Shown: piece after piece, positions 1 through 11,359 of the stretch
How the letters are laid out: each line of letters begins with the position of its first letter
Numbering within the stretch: position 1 is the stretch's first letter
From: Chiloscyllium plagiosum
Taxonomy: Eukaryota
Assembly: GCF_004010195.1 (NCBI RefSeq)
Contig: NC_057750.1
Span: forward strand, 11,319,122 to 11,383,121
DNA length: 64,000 nt
Direction: 5' to 3'
Made by a program: the position numbers and the translations under genes
Notes under the pieces: model-generated
Database searches by the model: none
What the model was told of the DNA's origin: nothing
The model's input: only the letters and a program-made list of their open reading frames with translations

Positions 1-575
1 TATTGCATCCGCTGTACCCGATGTGGCCTCCTCTATATTGGGGAGACAGGCCGGCTACTTGCGGAGCGTTTCAGAGAACACCTCTGGGACACCCGGACCA
101 ACCAACCCAACCGCCCCGTGGCTCAACACTTCAACTCCCTCTCCCACTCCACCAAGGACATGCAGGTCCTTGGACTTCTCCATCGCCAGACCATAGCAAC
201 ACGACGGTTGGAGGAAGAGCGCCTCATCTTCCGCCTAGGAACCCTCCAACCACAAGGGATGAACTCAGATTTCTCCAGTTTCCTCATTTCCCCTCCCCCC
301 ACCTTGTCTCAGTCAAATCCCTCGAACTCAGCACCGCCTTCTTAACCTGCAATCTTCTTCCTGACCTCTCTGCGCCCACCCCCACTCCGGACTATCACCC
401 ACACCTTGACCTCCTTCCACCTATCGCATTTCCAGAGCCCCTCCTCCCTACCTTTTATCTTAGCCTGCTGGAAACACTTTCCTCATTCCTGAAGGGCTCA
501 TGCTCGAAACGTCGATTCTCCTGCTCCTTGGATGCTGCCTGACCTGCTACGCTTTTCCAGCAACACATTTTCAAC
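1..575 (+). mobile_element. Penelope-like element (Neptune-type) 3' fragment: GIY-YIG endonuclease C-terminus (frame 1, to 345) plus terminal region; truncated by window edge
   Basis: Frame 1 reads YCIRCTRCGLLYIGETGRLLAERFREH...HFNS..H...RRLEEERLIFRLGTLQPQGMN, the PLE GIY-YIG/CCHH signature. It is near-identical to 27873-28200 (minus). A degenerate hammerhead lies at about 485-518. Confidence 0.9.
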
Positions 576-1639
576 ACTCCTGAGAGCCCTACTATTAACT
601 GCGTAAGTCCTGCCCTGGTTTGCCTTACCAAAATGCAACACATCACATTTACCTAAATTAAACTCCATCTGCCGTTCCTCGGCCCATTGGTCTAGTTGAT
701 CAGGATTCCACTGTACTCTCAGATAAGCTTGTTCATGTCCAATAGGCCACCAAATTTGGGAAGTCTGTAATCTCAGCGGCTTTGAAAGAGTTAAACAATT
801 TATCCCATTCTTTCCATACAGTGCTGCATATGTTCATTTTTCTTGTATATTCCCCTTTGAGTTACAGTTGCATCCATTTTCAGGCAGCACACTCCAGATC
901 AGGACAACCTGTTACATAAACAAGTGAAAACTTCTGTTTCATTTGCCAATGGCTGTCAACAACTACTTCATTTATATAGCACCTTTAACATCATCACAGT
1001 GTCCTCTGATTAACAACCCACCTGCCAGTAGAATAGTTTCTCATTTTTCCTCCATCTAAATCCCCTCATTATTCTAAGCCCCTCGAGCTACTCTCCTCCT
1101 AACGTTCTGAGGTGAACAGTCCTGGGCTTCTTGAGATTTTTCACACTGCAGATATTCAGTACTCGTTAACAAATACAACTTGTTCTTTGCTGGATTTATA
1201 CCTCCTCCAGGATATAAACCACAAATGGGCTTGAAATGATCTCTCCATACAGACTCTCATTTTCATATTTCTTTAATTTCAAACATTCTGATGTGGGCAC
1301 AACTGGTACCATGAATGTATTAGTTAGGCAGCCATAAACTACATTGTATTTTACAGTGACACCAAACTGGCACCTTGGATAAATGTTTCAACACCAACAC
1401 TGTTAATTAAACAGCTCAACACCTTCTGGAGATTTTTGCAAACACCACTGATGAACAGGGGTGTGTTTGTAAGGAACAGTCAGTTCCATTTATTTGTTAA
1501 CAGATTGCCACTGATTTTGTTTGCTCTGAATTGATGTGACATTTACTGGTCCTCCTGTCAAGTTTTGCAGGGGTGTGCTGATTTCTTTGTGAAGAGGTTA
1601 AACTTTAAGCACGAAAGCTAACTTTTGAGAAAATAAATA

Positions 1640-2400
1640 CTATGCAGACCAAGGTGCCCTTGATATACAGGTCACAGAAAGATACCACACAGAGGTACAG
1701 CAAGCAATTCAGAAGGCAAGTGGTATATGCACCTTTATTACAAAGTAATTTCAGTAAAAGGGTAAAAAGGATTTACGACAATTGCATAAGACCACATCTG
1801 GAGTACTACATATAATTTTGGCCTCCATACCTAAGATGGTTTTGGAGAGAGTTCACCTGAGTAATTCCTGAATATTCTTATGAGGAGTGACAAAGTAGAT
1901 TGGGTCTATATTCTCTTAGGTTTGGAAGGCTGAGAAGTGATCTCAATAAACATATTAATTTTTTTAAAAAACATGATAGGATAGATGCTGGGAGAATGAT
2001 TCCTCTAGCTGGGGAGTCAGAATTTATGAGTTCGGGGTAAGCCATTTAGGATTAAGATGAAAGGAAATTTCTTACTAAAAGGGTTCTTAATCTTTCAAAT
2101 TCTCAACCATATCGTGGATTCTGAAGAAGGATCACTTGACCCGAAACATTAAGTCTGATTTCTCTCCCCAAAAGCTGCCAACCCTGCTGAATTTTTCCAG
2201 AAATTTCTATTTTTGTCATGGATTCTTAAATGTTAAATTTATTCAAATCTGACATTGACAGCTTTTTTGGCTACTGTGGGAATCAAGGTTTAATGCAGAT
2301 AGTGACGGAAGGTGGAATTGATGCAGATAATTAACCATTGAATGGTGGAGCAGGTTCAAAGAGTCGAAAGACCTGCTCCCGTGCGAATGCATTACGTTCT
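1640..2400 (+). mobile_element. Decayed CR1-type LINE 3' fragment, interrupted by a short PLE-end insertion
   Basis: Contains RPHLEY-like coding remnant (agaccacatctggagtac) and a CR1-like 3' UTR; many stops. Confidence 0.7.
2117..2215 (+). mobile_element. Short PLE-terminus insertion with hammerhead motif
   Basis: CTGAAGA (2121-2127), stem GGATCA/TGACCC, GAAA (2143-2146), CATT. Flanked by near-identical tc(g/a)tggattct at 2112-2122 and 2216-2226. Confidence 0.6.
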
Positions 2401-3212
2401 TATTCACTGAAGGTGTAATGTGCTGTATTTAGGTTACACCTTGAATATGCTATGTCCAGCTCCAGTCATCAAGGCACAGAAGAAGATCCAAACTGTGACA
2501 GTGCTGGACAGAAGGGCCACAAAGCTGATCTCTAATGTCAAAGAACAAGGAAAAATTTGAAAAATAAAGGTACTTCAGTCTAAAAGTAGGTGAAGCAGAG
2601 AGTTCCTAAGAGGGAATGCTAAAAATATATTTCGAAATAAAGCAAATTGAAGCAATTTTACAAGTTAAATCACAAGCCTGATGATAGCAAGACTGATAGC
2701 AAGGAAACATTTTGCCACTCAGAGTGATTGTACTCTTGGAAGAAGAGTGAGGGGAAACTCAGAAACTGCTGCTTAGATATTGTTTAGATACAATAATAGG
2801 CATTTTCGCAGGCAATAGGGTAAATGGGTACAGTGACTTCCCTCATCATTGAATATGGTCCCATTAGACACTCTACACCAGGAATCCTCCTGCCTGTGCT
2901 CCATGAAAGGTATTATCCACTTCCCCCTTTTTCATTAGCTGGAATTTACAATAGAAGAAGGTGCAATACTAATCCTGGAATTCCCTCCCTCAGGGCATTG
3001 TGGACCAACCTACAGCACATGGACTGGAGTGGTTCAAGAAGGCAGCTCACCACCCCCTAATCAAGGGCAACTAGGGACAGGCAATAAATGCTGGCAATAC
3101 GTGAAAAACTTTTTTTTAAAATTAGCTATGGTCTAAATGAACGGAAGAACAGTCTTGAGGGGTATACTCTTGTTCCAACTTTCAGAAGAAACATGTTCAT
3201 AAAGAGACTAGA

Positions 3213-3432
3213 GTCAAAAAGTGTGGTGCTGGAAAAGCACAGCAGGTCAGGTGACATCCAAGGATCAGGAGAATTGATGTTTTGGCCATAAGCCCTTCGT
3301 CACATTCCTGATGAAGGGCTTATGCGCAAAATATCGATTCTCTGGATCCTCGGATGCTGCCAGACCTGGTGTGCTTTTCCAGCACCACACTTTTCAACTC
3401 TGATCTCCACCATCTGCAGTCCTCACTTTCTC
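3213..3432. mobile_element. Palindromic PLE-terminus element (two inverted ends, each with a degenerate hammerhead)
   Basis: Inverted arms centred near 3302. The 15-bp TSD cataaaga(g/a)actaga lies at 3198-3212 and 3433-3447. Confidence 0.85.
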
Positions 3433-4039
3433 CATAAAGAAACTAGATCCAAGATCAGTCAAGTATGTGGGTCAGGAAATGATAATAAATGAATTAACAA
3501 AACAGCAGAACCCCCAACAGCCAATAAAGACACAAACTTAATCATGTCGTTAAACAAGGAAAACAAAAAGAATGTGCCAGGATGCTTGTCAGGAAGCTGC
3601 AATTATTCTCAAAACCATGAGGCGAAAGAGGAAGATCATTAAGGAGTCTGACTCCTGACTTCTCAATAATGTGGATAAATGTGTGAATGCCAGATGAAAA
3701 CTGAATTACGGCATTTGATGGTAGAATGCTCACTCTCTCACACAGACACACATTCACGGGAATGGTGATTGGGCAGCTTATTGATGCCTACCAGTTTCTG
3801 GGGAAACAATCCAGCTTCTATACACAATGCCTCCCATAGAAAATTGGAACAGCAAAGAGAGTCTGAAGAAGAGTACCAGGTCACCAAAAAGTTGCACTTT
3901 GTAAACTTTATCCTGCTCCGTACAAAAGACAAATCTGAGCCATGAATACTTCCAGATTTGTTACTCAAATTTCTCACTATTCTGGGACTTGTTTGGGGTA
4001 TGGGTAATGGGATAACATTTTTGTCCTAAAGCCCAAAGA

Positions 4040-4595
4040 GTACAGGAGGAGTGAAGTCTTGCTTCAATTTTAAAGCAGCTTCATTAGACTGCACCTGGGT
4101 ACTGTGTGTAGTTTTGGTGTCCTGATTTCAGAAAAGATATTATTGCCATAGAGGGAATGCAACAAAGGCTCACCAGACTTGTTCCTGGGATGGCACTATT
4201 GTCCTATGGAGAGAGATTGTGCAAATCAGGCCAGTACTGTCCAGGGTTTCAGAGCTTGAGAGGTGTTCTCATTGAAACCTATAAAATACTTACAGGATTA
4301 AAAGGGTAGATCCAGATAATATGTTTCCCCAGTTGCAAGTCTAAAACCAATTAGCACAATTTTTTAAAAAAACGGGTACCATTTAGGTCCAATATATGGA
4401 GATTTTTTTTATGCAGAGGGTTGTGAATCTTTGGCTTTGAGTATATTTAGGTGTGAATAGATTCCTCATTTCTCAAATTGTGTACATAATTATGGGGATT
4501 AGTGGCTAAAAGGCACTGAATTATTCGATCAGCCACGATCGTATTGAATAGCGGAGCAGACTTGGGTTGAATGACCTACTCCAATTCCTATTACA
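4040..4595 (+). mobile_element. Decayed CR1-type LINE 3' fragment
   Basis: attagactgcacctgggtactgtgtgtagttttgg is a [12 protein letters not shown] remnant, followed by a CR1-like 3' UTR. Confidence 0.7.
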
Positions 4596-4669
4596 AATCA
4601 CCATGTAACAGTAACGTTAAGCAGCAAATCTCAAATATCCTTCAAAAATGAAATTAGTTGACTGAAAAA

Positions 4670-4935
4670 AACTTATATTCATATAGCACCCTTCACAAGC
4701 ATAGCAGCCAATTTACACACATCAAGCTCCCACGCAACAGCAGTGTGATAATAACCAGAGAATCTCTTTTATTGGTATAGGGATAACTAACAGCCAGGAC
4801 ACGTGAAAAAATCGTTCCTACTTTTCTTCAAAATAGTGCAATGGCATCTTTCTATCATCTAGCCAAGAGGGGAGCCCACATCTTGGTTTCGTTCTTAACC
4901 CGGAAGTTGGAACCTCTGACGGTGCATCACTCTGT
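4670..4935 (-). mobile_element. DeuSINE (SacSINE/AmnSINE-like) remnant
   Basis: The reverse complement has Deu-domain motifs (aaagatgccattgcactattttgaagaa...gtcctggc...atccct) also seen at 12770, 39215 and 52190. Confidence 0.65.
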
Positions 4936-5336
4936 GCTGTAAGTGCAGTTATTTTCCTGGATTTTCTATAGAATGGGGTCTGACATAAAGGAGTGGCAAT
5001 ACTACTATTCAGCTGCAGCTGTTATGGTGCAAGTGCACATCCTGAAAATGTGAAAGATGCGATAGAAATGTTAGCTCTTTTAAAACATATACTGCAAGCT
5101 CCATTGTAAACCAGCCCTGATCCAAAATAACGTGCCAGTTTCTCTGTACACCCCACAAACTTTCGAAAATCCCATTTGGTGCTCGTAACCGTTGTGATTG
5201 ACTCTTAACTGCTGCCTGAAATGGCCATCAAAATCCACCGTAATCACAGTTTGGAGGTGATGATAGGTACATCTCAAAAATGAATTTTGAAAACTGCCTC
5301 CCTTACTTTCTCTGATTATATATTTTTAGCTGCACT

Positions 5337-5342
5337 TTTATT
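5337..5342 (-). terminator. Candidate polyadenylation signal (AATAAA) of thioredoxin-like gene A
   Basis: tttatt on the + strand, about 80 nt downstream of the stop at 5422. Confidence 0.5.
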
Positions 5343-5421
5343 TATCCAGAGAATTCAAACTCCAGTTAATTTTTTTGGCTTTTGTGTTTCCCTGTCTATT
5401 TTTTAACTTATAACAGGCCGC

Positions 5422-5739
5422 TCACTGCAGCTCGTCCAATAGGCGCTCCAACTTCTCCCTCTTGGTCCCCGAAAATTCTCCCATTCTGGCCGAGCGCCGG
5501 AAGAAGTGGAAGGTCGGCATGCACGTGATGCCGGCGGACCGAGCCAGAGGCTCTGCGTCGTCGACATCCACCTCCACGAAGACGACATTGGTCAACTGCT
5601 CCGAGAGGTTGTAGAAGTGCGGTCGGATCATGCGGCAGTTGCTGCACCACTCAGCCGAGTACATAACAACCACTAGCTGCTCGGTCTGGCTCAACAGGTT
5701 CTGGAACTGCTTGGCGTCCTCCACGTGTCTCACCACCAT
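5422..5739 (-). CDS. Intronless thioredoxin-like protein A (105 aa), active site WCSNC
   Basis: Co-linear with vertebrate TXN1 and the same length: SAEWCSNCRMIRP, FVEVDVDD, CMPTF (cis-Pro), EFSG..EKLE. Kozak gcagcATGG, intact ORF, CpG-rich. Confidence 0.9.
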   Translation of the reverse strand: MVVRHVEDAKQFQNLLSQTEQLVVVMYSAEWCSNCRMIRPHFYNLSEQLTNVVFVEVDVDDAEPLARSAGITCMPTFHFFRRSARMGEFSGTKREKLERLLDELQ

Positions 5740-5743
5740 GCTG

Positions 5744-5905
5744 CTTCCGGGTCCGTGCCCCGCTTCCCACTGGCCCCGCCCTCAAACCCGCACCCTATTA
5801 TGACGAAGGTCGACGTCAACATCCCATTGGCTGATTCTCATTGGCCGCTACGGTTTGCTACTTTTTTCATGAATGGGTCGGAAGGGCGTCAGCTCCATTG
5901 GCTGG
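5744..5905 (-). promoter_or_regulatory. CpG-island promoter of thioredoxin-like A
   Basis: ETS CCGGAAG (5744-5750, minus), GC box (about 5774-5781), CRE-like gacgtca (about 5812-5818), and three CCAAT boxes on the minus strand (about 5826, 5841, 5897). Confidence 0.65.
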
Positions 5906-6084
5906 AATGGGGTGATTGACGGCGCAAATAGCCTATCAGAAAGTCCATCAAGGCGGTTTCGTAACCACCCCAATTCTATTCAAAACGACCGGAGACGGTG
6001 GATCTGAACTTGCCAAGGACAGATTTCACAAACAGCAATGATATAATGCTCTGTTAAAAGGTCCTGGTGGAAGAGGGTTAGTTA

Positions 6085-6218
6085 GGTAAAAACAATGACT
6101 GCAGATGCTGGAAACCAGATTCTGGATTAGTGGTGCTGGAAGAGCACAGCAGTTCAGGCAGCATCCGAGGAGCAGTAAAATCGACGTTTCGGGCAAAAGC
6201 CCTTCATCAGGAATAAAG
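6085..6218 (-). mobile_element. Short PLE-terminus element carrying an intact-core hammerhead
   Basis: The reverse complement is nearly identical to 15118-15216 and extends into the PLE 3' tail. Confidence 0.8.
6178..6215 (-). ncRNA. Minimal type-I hammerhead ribozyme motif
   Basis: Minus strand reads ATTC-CTGATGA-A-GGGC-TTTT-GCCC-GAAA-CGTC-GATT. All core nucleotides are present, with a palindromic ACGU stem III; stem I is weak. Confidence 0.7.
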
Positions 6219-6928
6219 GAGTGTCTCTACCTTTGAGGGTTCGCGTCCCACCTGCCCGAGAGGTGTGTAATAATATACCTAGGCAGGTTAATTAAAATAT
6301 GTAAACAAAATAGCGATCCATTCATGGTATTATTCCTCCCCCTGCCTGAGGGCCATGAGACTGAGGTTCAAGGCCTGCTCCCAAAGTGTCAAAACTGCCT
6401 GAACAGGTTGGTTAGAAATATGACCTGTTCTGAGTTAATTAACCTAAAACTCTCAACTATGCTTCTCTCTTCGCAAATGCTGCAAGATCTGCTTCAGTAT
6501 TTCCTGCATTCACAGTATTTTACCCCAGAAACAATGATCAATTAATTCGAGGGAGACTCATATTGGACTCAAAACAGTAACTCTTTCTCTCCACGGGTGC
6601 AGCCAAACCTACTGATTTTATCCAGCACTTTCTTTTTTTTTATAATTGATCTTTGTAACTATTGTTTGAGGATAAATATTGGCCAGGACAACAGGAGAAC
6701 TCCCCTATTCCTAGCTCAGAAGCAGATCAATTAGTCAAATTAGCCTTTACTTGTTTCATATGCATGTCTCCTCCTATACCTTCAATTCCATTTTCAGTAG
6801 CATATGTTTCTACTCTCTTTTCTCTCATGTACTCATCTAGTCTCTTTTTGAAAGCATATTTGCCTTGAAACTTCCAATCAGCCTCTTTTGTCTGCTCCAG
6901 TCCTTCAAATGAACATCATTATCCACAA

Positions 6929-7640
6929 GGAGAAAGTGAGAACTGCAGATTTTGGAGATCAGAAAAGTAGATCAGGCAGCATCGCAGGAGCATCGATGTT
7001 TCGAGTATAAGCCCTTTATCGGGAATATGGTAGTGGAGAAGAGGGCTGAGAGATAGGAGGGTAGGGGTGAGGGTGAGGTAGCTGGGAAGGCGATAGGTAG
7101 ATGCAGGTGGGGGGTAATGGTGATAGGTCGGAGGGATCAGAGGGGAGGAATAGGTGGGAAGGAAGATGGACAGGCAGGACAGTTGGATCTGGGATGAGGT
7201 GGGGGGAGGGGAGATGAAGAAACTGGTGAAGCCATGTGATTGCAGGGTCCCAAGGCAGAAGATCAGGTGTTCTTCCTCCAGGCATCAGGAAGAATGTCTC
7301 ATCTTCCTCCTTGGGACTCTTCAACCACATTGCAGCAACGTCGACTTCACCAGTTTCCTCATCTCCCCTCTCCCACCTCATTCCAGGTCCAACCCTCCAA
7401 CTTGGCATCACCTCTTGAACAGCCCAACCTGTCCATCTTCCTTCCCACCTTTCCGCTCTACCCTCCCATCTAACCTATCACCCCCCCACCTGCATCTACA
7501 TATTACTTCGCCCCCACACCAGCCCTCGCACCCTCCTGTTTACTTCTCAACCCTCTCCCACCCACATCCATCCACTACATTCCTGACAAAGCCTTTGCCC
7601 AAAACATCGATTCTCCTGCTCCTTGAATGCTGCCTAATTT
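6929..7640. mobile_element. Older inverted (fold-back) PLE 3'-end pair
   Basis: The minus arm (about 6929-7290) and plus arm (about 7290-7640) both carry EE.LIF.LGTLQP remnants and degenerate hammerheads (about 6992-7026 minus, about 7579-7615 plus). Confidence 0.75.
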
Positions 7641-7644
7641 CTAA

Positions 7645-8252
7645 ATGTAGGTTTGCTCACTGAGCTGGAAGGTTTGTTTTCATCACCATATTAGGTAACA
7701 TCTTCAGTGAGCCTCCGGATTAAGCACTAGTGGTGTAGTCCGCTTTGGATTTATATGTTTGGGTTTCCTTGGGTTGATGATGTCATTTCCTATGGTGATG
7801 TCATTTCCTGTTATTTTTCTCATGGCATGGTAAATGGGATCCAAGTGAATGTGTTTGTTGATAGAGTTCTGATTGGAATGCCATGCTTCTAGGAATTCTC
7901 GTGCATGTCTCTGTTTGACTTGTCCTTGGATGGATGTGTTATCCCAGTTGAAATGGTGTCCTTTCTCATCTGTATGTAAGGATACTAGTGAGGGGGGGGG
8001 GGGTCATGTCTTTTTGTGGCTAATTAATGTTCATGTATCCTGGTGGCTAGTTTTCTGTCTGTTTGTTGACTGTAGTATTTGTTACAGTTCTTGAAAGATA
8101 TTTTGTAAGTGACATTAATTTTACTTGTCTGTATAGGGTCTTTCAAGTTCATTAGCTGCTGTTTTAGTGTGTTGGTGGGTTTGTGGGCTACCATGGTGCC
8201 AAGGATGATGACTTGAAAGACCCTATACAGACAACAAGTAAAATTAATGTCA
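7645..8252 (-). mobile_element. Second PLE family (Poseidon/Penelope-type) GIY-YIG remnant with short 5' inversion
   Basis: The minus strand translates to AHKPTNTLKQQLMNLKDP..NVTYKI...RKLATRIHEH...HHFNWDNTSI...HAREFLEAWHS. A hammerhead-like CTGAAGA-TGTTACC-loop-GGTGAT-GAAA is at 7678-7710, and 8110-8148 is inverted at 8211-8252. Confidence 0.75.
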
Positions 8253-8574
8253 TGGGTACCGCTGCAGAATACTCAGTTGAGAATCCTGATAGGGTGACAT
8301 GCACAGATAGGCAGGCACTTTAAGATGCTGCGTATGTCAGCTGGCCCATCAAACACTTTCCTGACACTGTCAAGGACATGGAAAAATCCAGCTTCCAGCT
8401 GGCAGAAAGTATTACTACAGCTAGCCTATTCCCCAGCTGTGGTTCTATTTCCCTATCCTGCTGAAGACCCAGAGGTGCTCGCACTGCTACCACACTCTTG
8501 CTGCAGTCTATGTGTGGACTGGTCATCCGTTTTTCCTCCTTTCCTATGAGGTGCAGCAACACACTAGCATATAT

Positions 8575-9025
8575 TACCAAGGTTGGAGGATTTGCATTAT
8601 AGGGAGAGGTTGAATAGGTTGGGGCTATTTTCCCTGGAGCGTTGGAGCTGAGGGGTGACCTTACAGAGGTTTATAAAAATCATAAGGGGCATTGATAGAG
8701 TAAATAAACCCCGGGGTGGGGGAGTCCAGAACTAGAGGGCATAGGTTTAGGGTGAGAGAGAAAAGATATAAAAGAGACTTAAGGGGTAACTTTTTCACGC
8801 ACAGGGTGGTGCGTGTGTGGAATGGGCTGCCAGAGGAAGTGGTAGAGGCTGGTACAATTGCAACATGTATGAGGCATCTGGATGGGTACATGAATAGGAA
8901 GGGTTTGAAGGGATGTGGGCCACATATTGGCAGGTGAAACTAGATTGGGGTGGCATATCTGGTCGGCATGGACAAGTTGGACTAAAGGGTCTGTTTCCAT
9001 GCTGTACATCTCTATGACTCTATGT
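8575..9025 (+). mobile_element. CR1/HER1 LINE 3' fragment
   Basis: SRTRGH.F.VR...RGNFFTHRVVRVWNGLPEEVVEA is the CR1 ORF2 C-terminus; ends in a ctatgact tail. Confidence 0.85.
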
Positions 9026-9061
9026 CTTGTGAGCTAGACAGTTGACTGATGGTATAGCACA

Positions 9062-9255
9062 GCTGAAAATGTGTTGCTGGAAAAGCGCAGCAGGTCAGGC
9101 AGCATCCAAGGAACAGGAGAATCTACGTTTCGGGCATAAGCCTATGCCCGAAACATCGACTCTCCTGTTCCTTGGATGCTGCCTGACCTGCTGCGCTTTT
9201 CCAGCAACACATTTTCAGCTCTGATCTCCAGCATCTGCAGCCCTCACTTTCTCCT
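9062..9255. mobile_element. Near-perfect palindromic PLE-terminus element
   Basis: About 78-bp inverted arms around a 4-nt loop (gggcata-agcc-tatgccc, 9132-9149). The 15-bp TSD tga(t/g)ggtatagcaca lies at 9047-9061 and 9256-9270. Confidence 0.9.
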
Positions 9256-10776
9256 TGAGGGTATAGCACAACCAGGCAGCAATAGTTGATCTCCATAAAT
9301 GGGTTATGCAACCAAATTTGTAGCTCATACATCACACCAACATTTAATAGTTTCTCAAATTTATAAAATACTCACTCATATCACTTTGACCACCTGCTGA
9401 AGAAGCGCCGCTCCAACAGCTAGTGATTCCAAAAACCTGTTGGACTATAATCTGGTGTTGTGTGATTTTTAACAATGTAAACACTCTTCCAACTCACCAT
9501 TCAGGCAACCCTTGCCAGTTAATTAATTTAATCTAGATGAAGGTTAAAAATCACCCATGATTTTCAACATAACTTATTCATAAACACCAATTATCTGATA
9601 TGGTTTCCCCTGTCCAACAGTATGGTTGCAGTTAGGGTACTCATAAAAGTGACTTCTTACCTTCTCAATCTCTATCCAGGTCTACACCCTAACATCCAAC
9701 ACTAGGATCATTTCTCTTGTATTGTATTGGCACTATTAATAGAGCAGTTGTTCGCTCCATCTTTACCAAGCTTCCTGCACTTTCTAAATATCACATACTT
9801 ATGAAATTGCAGGTCCTAGATTTTGGTATTTTGCGACCATGTCTCGGTAATGACTACTTATTTCTATTTATGATGCAAAATCATGTTTTGTTACCAATTC
9901 TTTTTTTTTACTGTTTTCTAATCTTTGGTTCTACCTATTGTTACACTCTTACATTAGTACACTTTATCCCTTCCTATCATGTTCTGATACAATTTGCTTC
10001 ATTGCTACCGTGCTCTTTTACCTTATCTCCTGTATTAACTGATAGAATCTTTCACAACTTGATCCCTTTCCCCCTAATATGTAAAGTCCTCTCTTCTGAC
10101 CTAGTTATGGCGCGCCAGAGCACAGGTCCCAGGAAGTTCTGCTGAAGACCGTTCCATCAATATAGCTACCATTTTCCCAGTAGTGGTGACCCAGGAATCA
10201 AAAGCCATTTCTCTCACGTCAATTTTTGAATCACACATTTAATTTTATTTACAGAATGTCAGTTTCCTTCTGGCCAGCATAAATACAATGGACCAAAGAG
10301 CCTGTTTCTGTGCTGTAAAAACCCTATGGCGCGAATGTTAAAAAGAAAAACACGCGTTTGAAATGCTATAGGATACAATGTGGTCCAGTGGTAGTGTCCT
10401 TTCTCCAAAACAGAAGGCATTGGTTCAAGTACCACCTGTTCGAGACATGTGTAATAGCACGTTTGAATAGTTTGATTAAAATTGTCTAAAATACAAAGAT
10501 TAAAGCAGCTTTTGATTATGCCTTAACTGCGCTAAGCCTGATCTCGGATTGATCATTGCTGAGTATTCAAAGTGGAAAAATATTCCTACTCACATCATTG
10601 AGCACACAAGTGCTGCCAAATCCTACTGGTAAATGATATCCCCAGTTCTGTATTTTGGAATGGAATATCCACGATTACGTTTGCTTGGTACCAATTATTA
10701 TTTTATAAACTTGCCCGAAAAATATAACCTTTCTCTCACCTAGAAAATGAATACTACTTAATATATCTAAAATACT

Positions 10777-10835
10777 CCGAAAGCTAGTGCTTCCAATTAA
10801 ACCTGTTGGACTATTACCTGATGTGTGATTTTTAA
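10777..10835 (+). mobile_element. Tiny PLE-terminus insertion (third family; 3' half of a hammerhead)
   Basis: ccgaaagctagtg...aaacctgttggactat is shared with 9390-9470, 38572-38731 and 48480-48562. The 10-bp TSD ctaaaatact lies at 10767-10776 and 10836-10845. Confidence 0.7.
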
Positions 10836-10973
10836 CTAAAATACTACTGGTCAATTGCTTGAGAACGGGGTTGGAATAATGAGGTGAATGGTGCGGTAAT
10901 GCTCTGTGCTGTGAAACCTCCGTGACTCTAATCTTCAAAAAGGGGAGAAAAAGAAAACGCAGACAGAAAACCA

Positions 10974-11342
10974 TTAGGTATTGGCCTGCTTTAATTTAGG
11001 TGAACACTGCAAATCATCTCCCTGCAGCTTTTGGATCATCCGCTCCAGAAGGCAGCGGTTGGGTCCCTTGAACTGAAAGATCTTGGCTCCGGTCCTGTAG
11101 AACTGGAAGGTGGGGAACCACTCAATGCGGCAAAGCTGCACCACGTCCTTGGCTACGTTGATGTCAACCTCGTAGAAGGCCACCTCCGGATAGGACTCGG
11201 CGAACTCATCGAAGTAGAGCTGGATCATCTGGCAGAACTCGCACCAGTGCGCGGAAAAGAGCATGACGACCAAGCGCTGCTCACTCTCCCGCAAAGCCGC
11301 CTCGAACTCCACCACACACTTGACGGTGTTGACCTCGCCCAT
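10974..11342 (-). CDS. Intronless thioredoxin-like protein B (122 aa from ATG 11342; 132 aa from 11372), active site WCEFC
   Basis: FSAHWCEFCQMI, FYEVDI, WFPTFQFY (cis-Pro) and FKGPN give a thioredoxin fold with a short C-terminal extension. The ATG at 11342 has a strong Kozak (gcgATGG). Intact and CpG-rich. Confidence 0.88.
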   Translation of the reverse strand: MGEVNTVKCVVEFEAALRESEQRLVVMLFSAHWCEFCQMIQLYFDEFAESYPEVAFYEVDINVAKDVVQLCRIEWFPTFQFYRTGAKIFQFKGPNRCLLERMIQKLQGDDLQCSPKLKQANT

Positions 11343-11359
11343 CGCTCCGCCTACTGAGC

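Noticed and set aside
9717-10145. 142-aa hydrophobic ORF (similarly 32562-33002, 48272-48670, 53987-54418)
   Set aside because: Non-ATG starts or AT-rich and decayed-repeat sequence with no motifs; consistent with chance ORFs.
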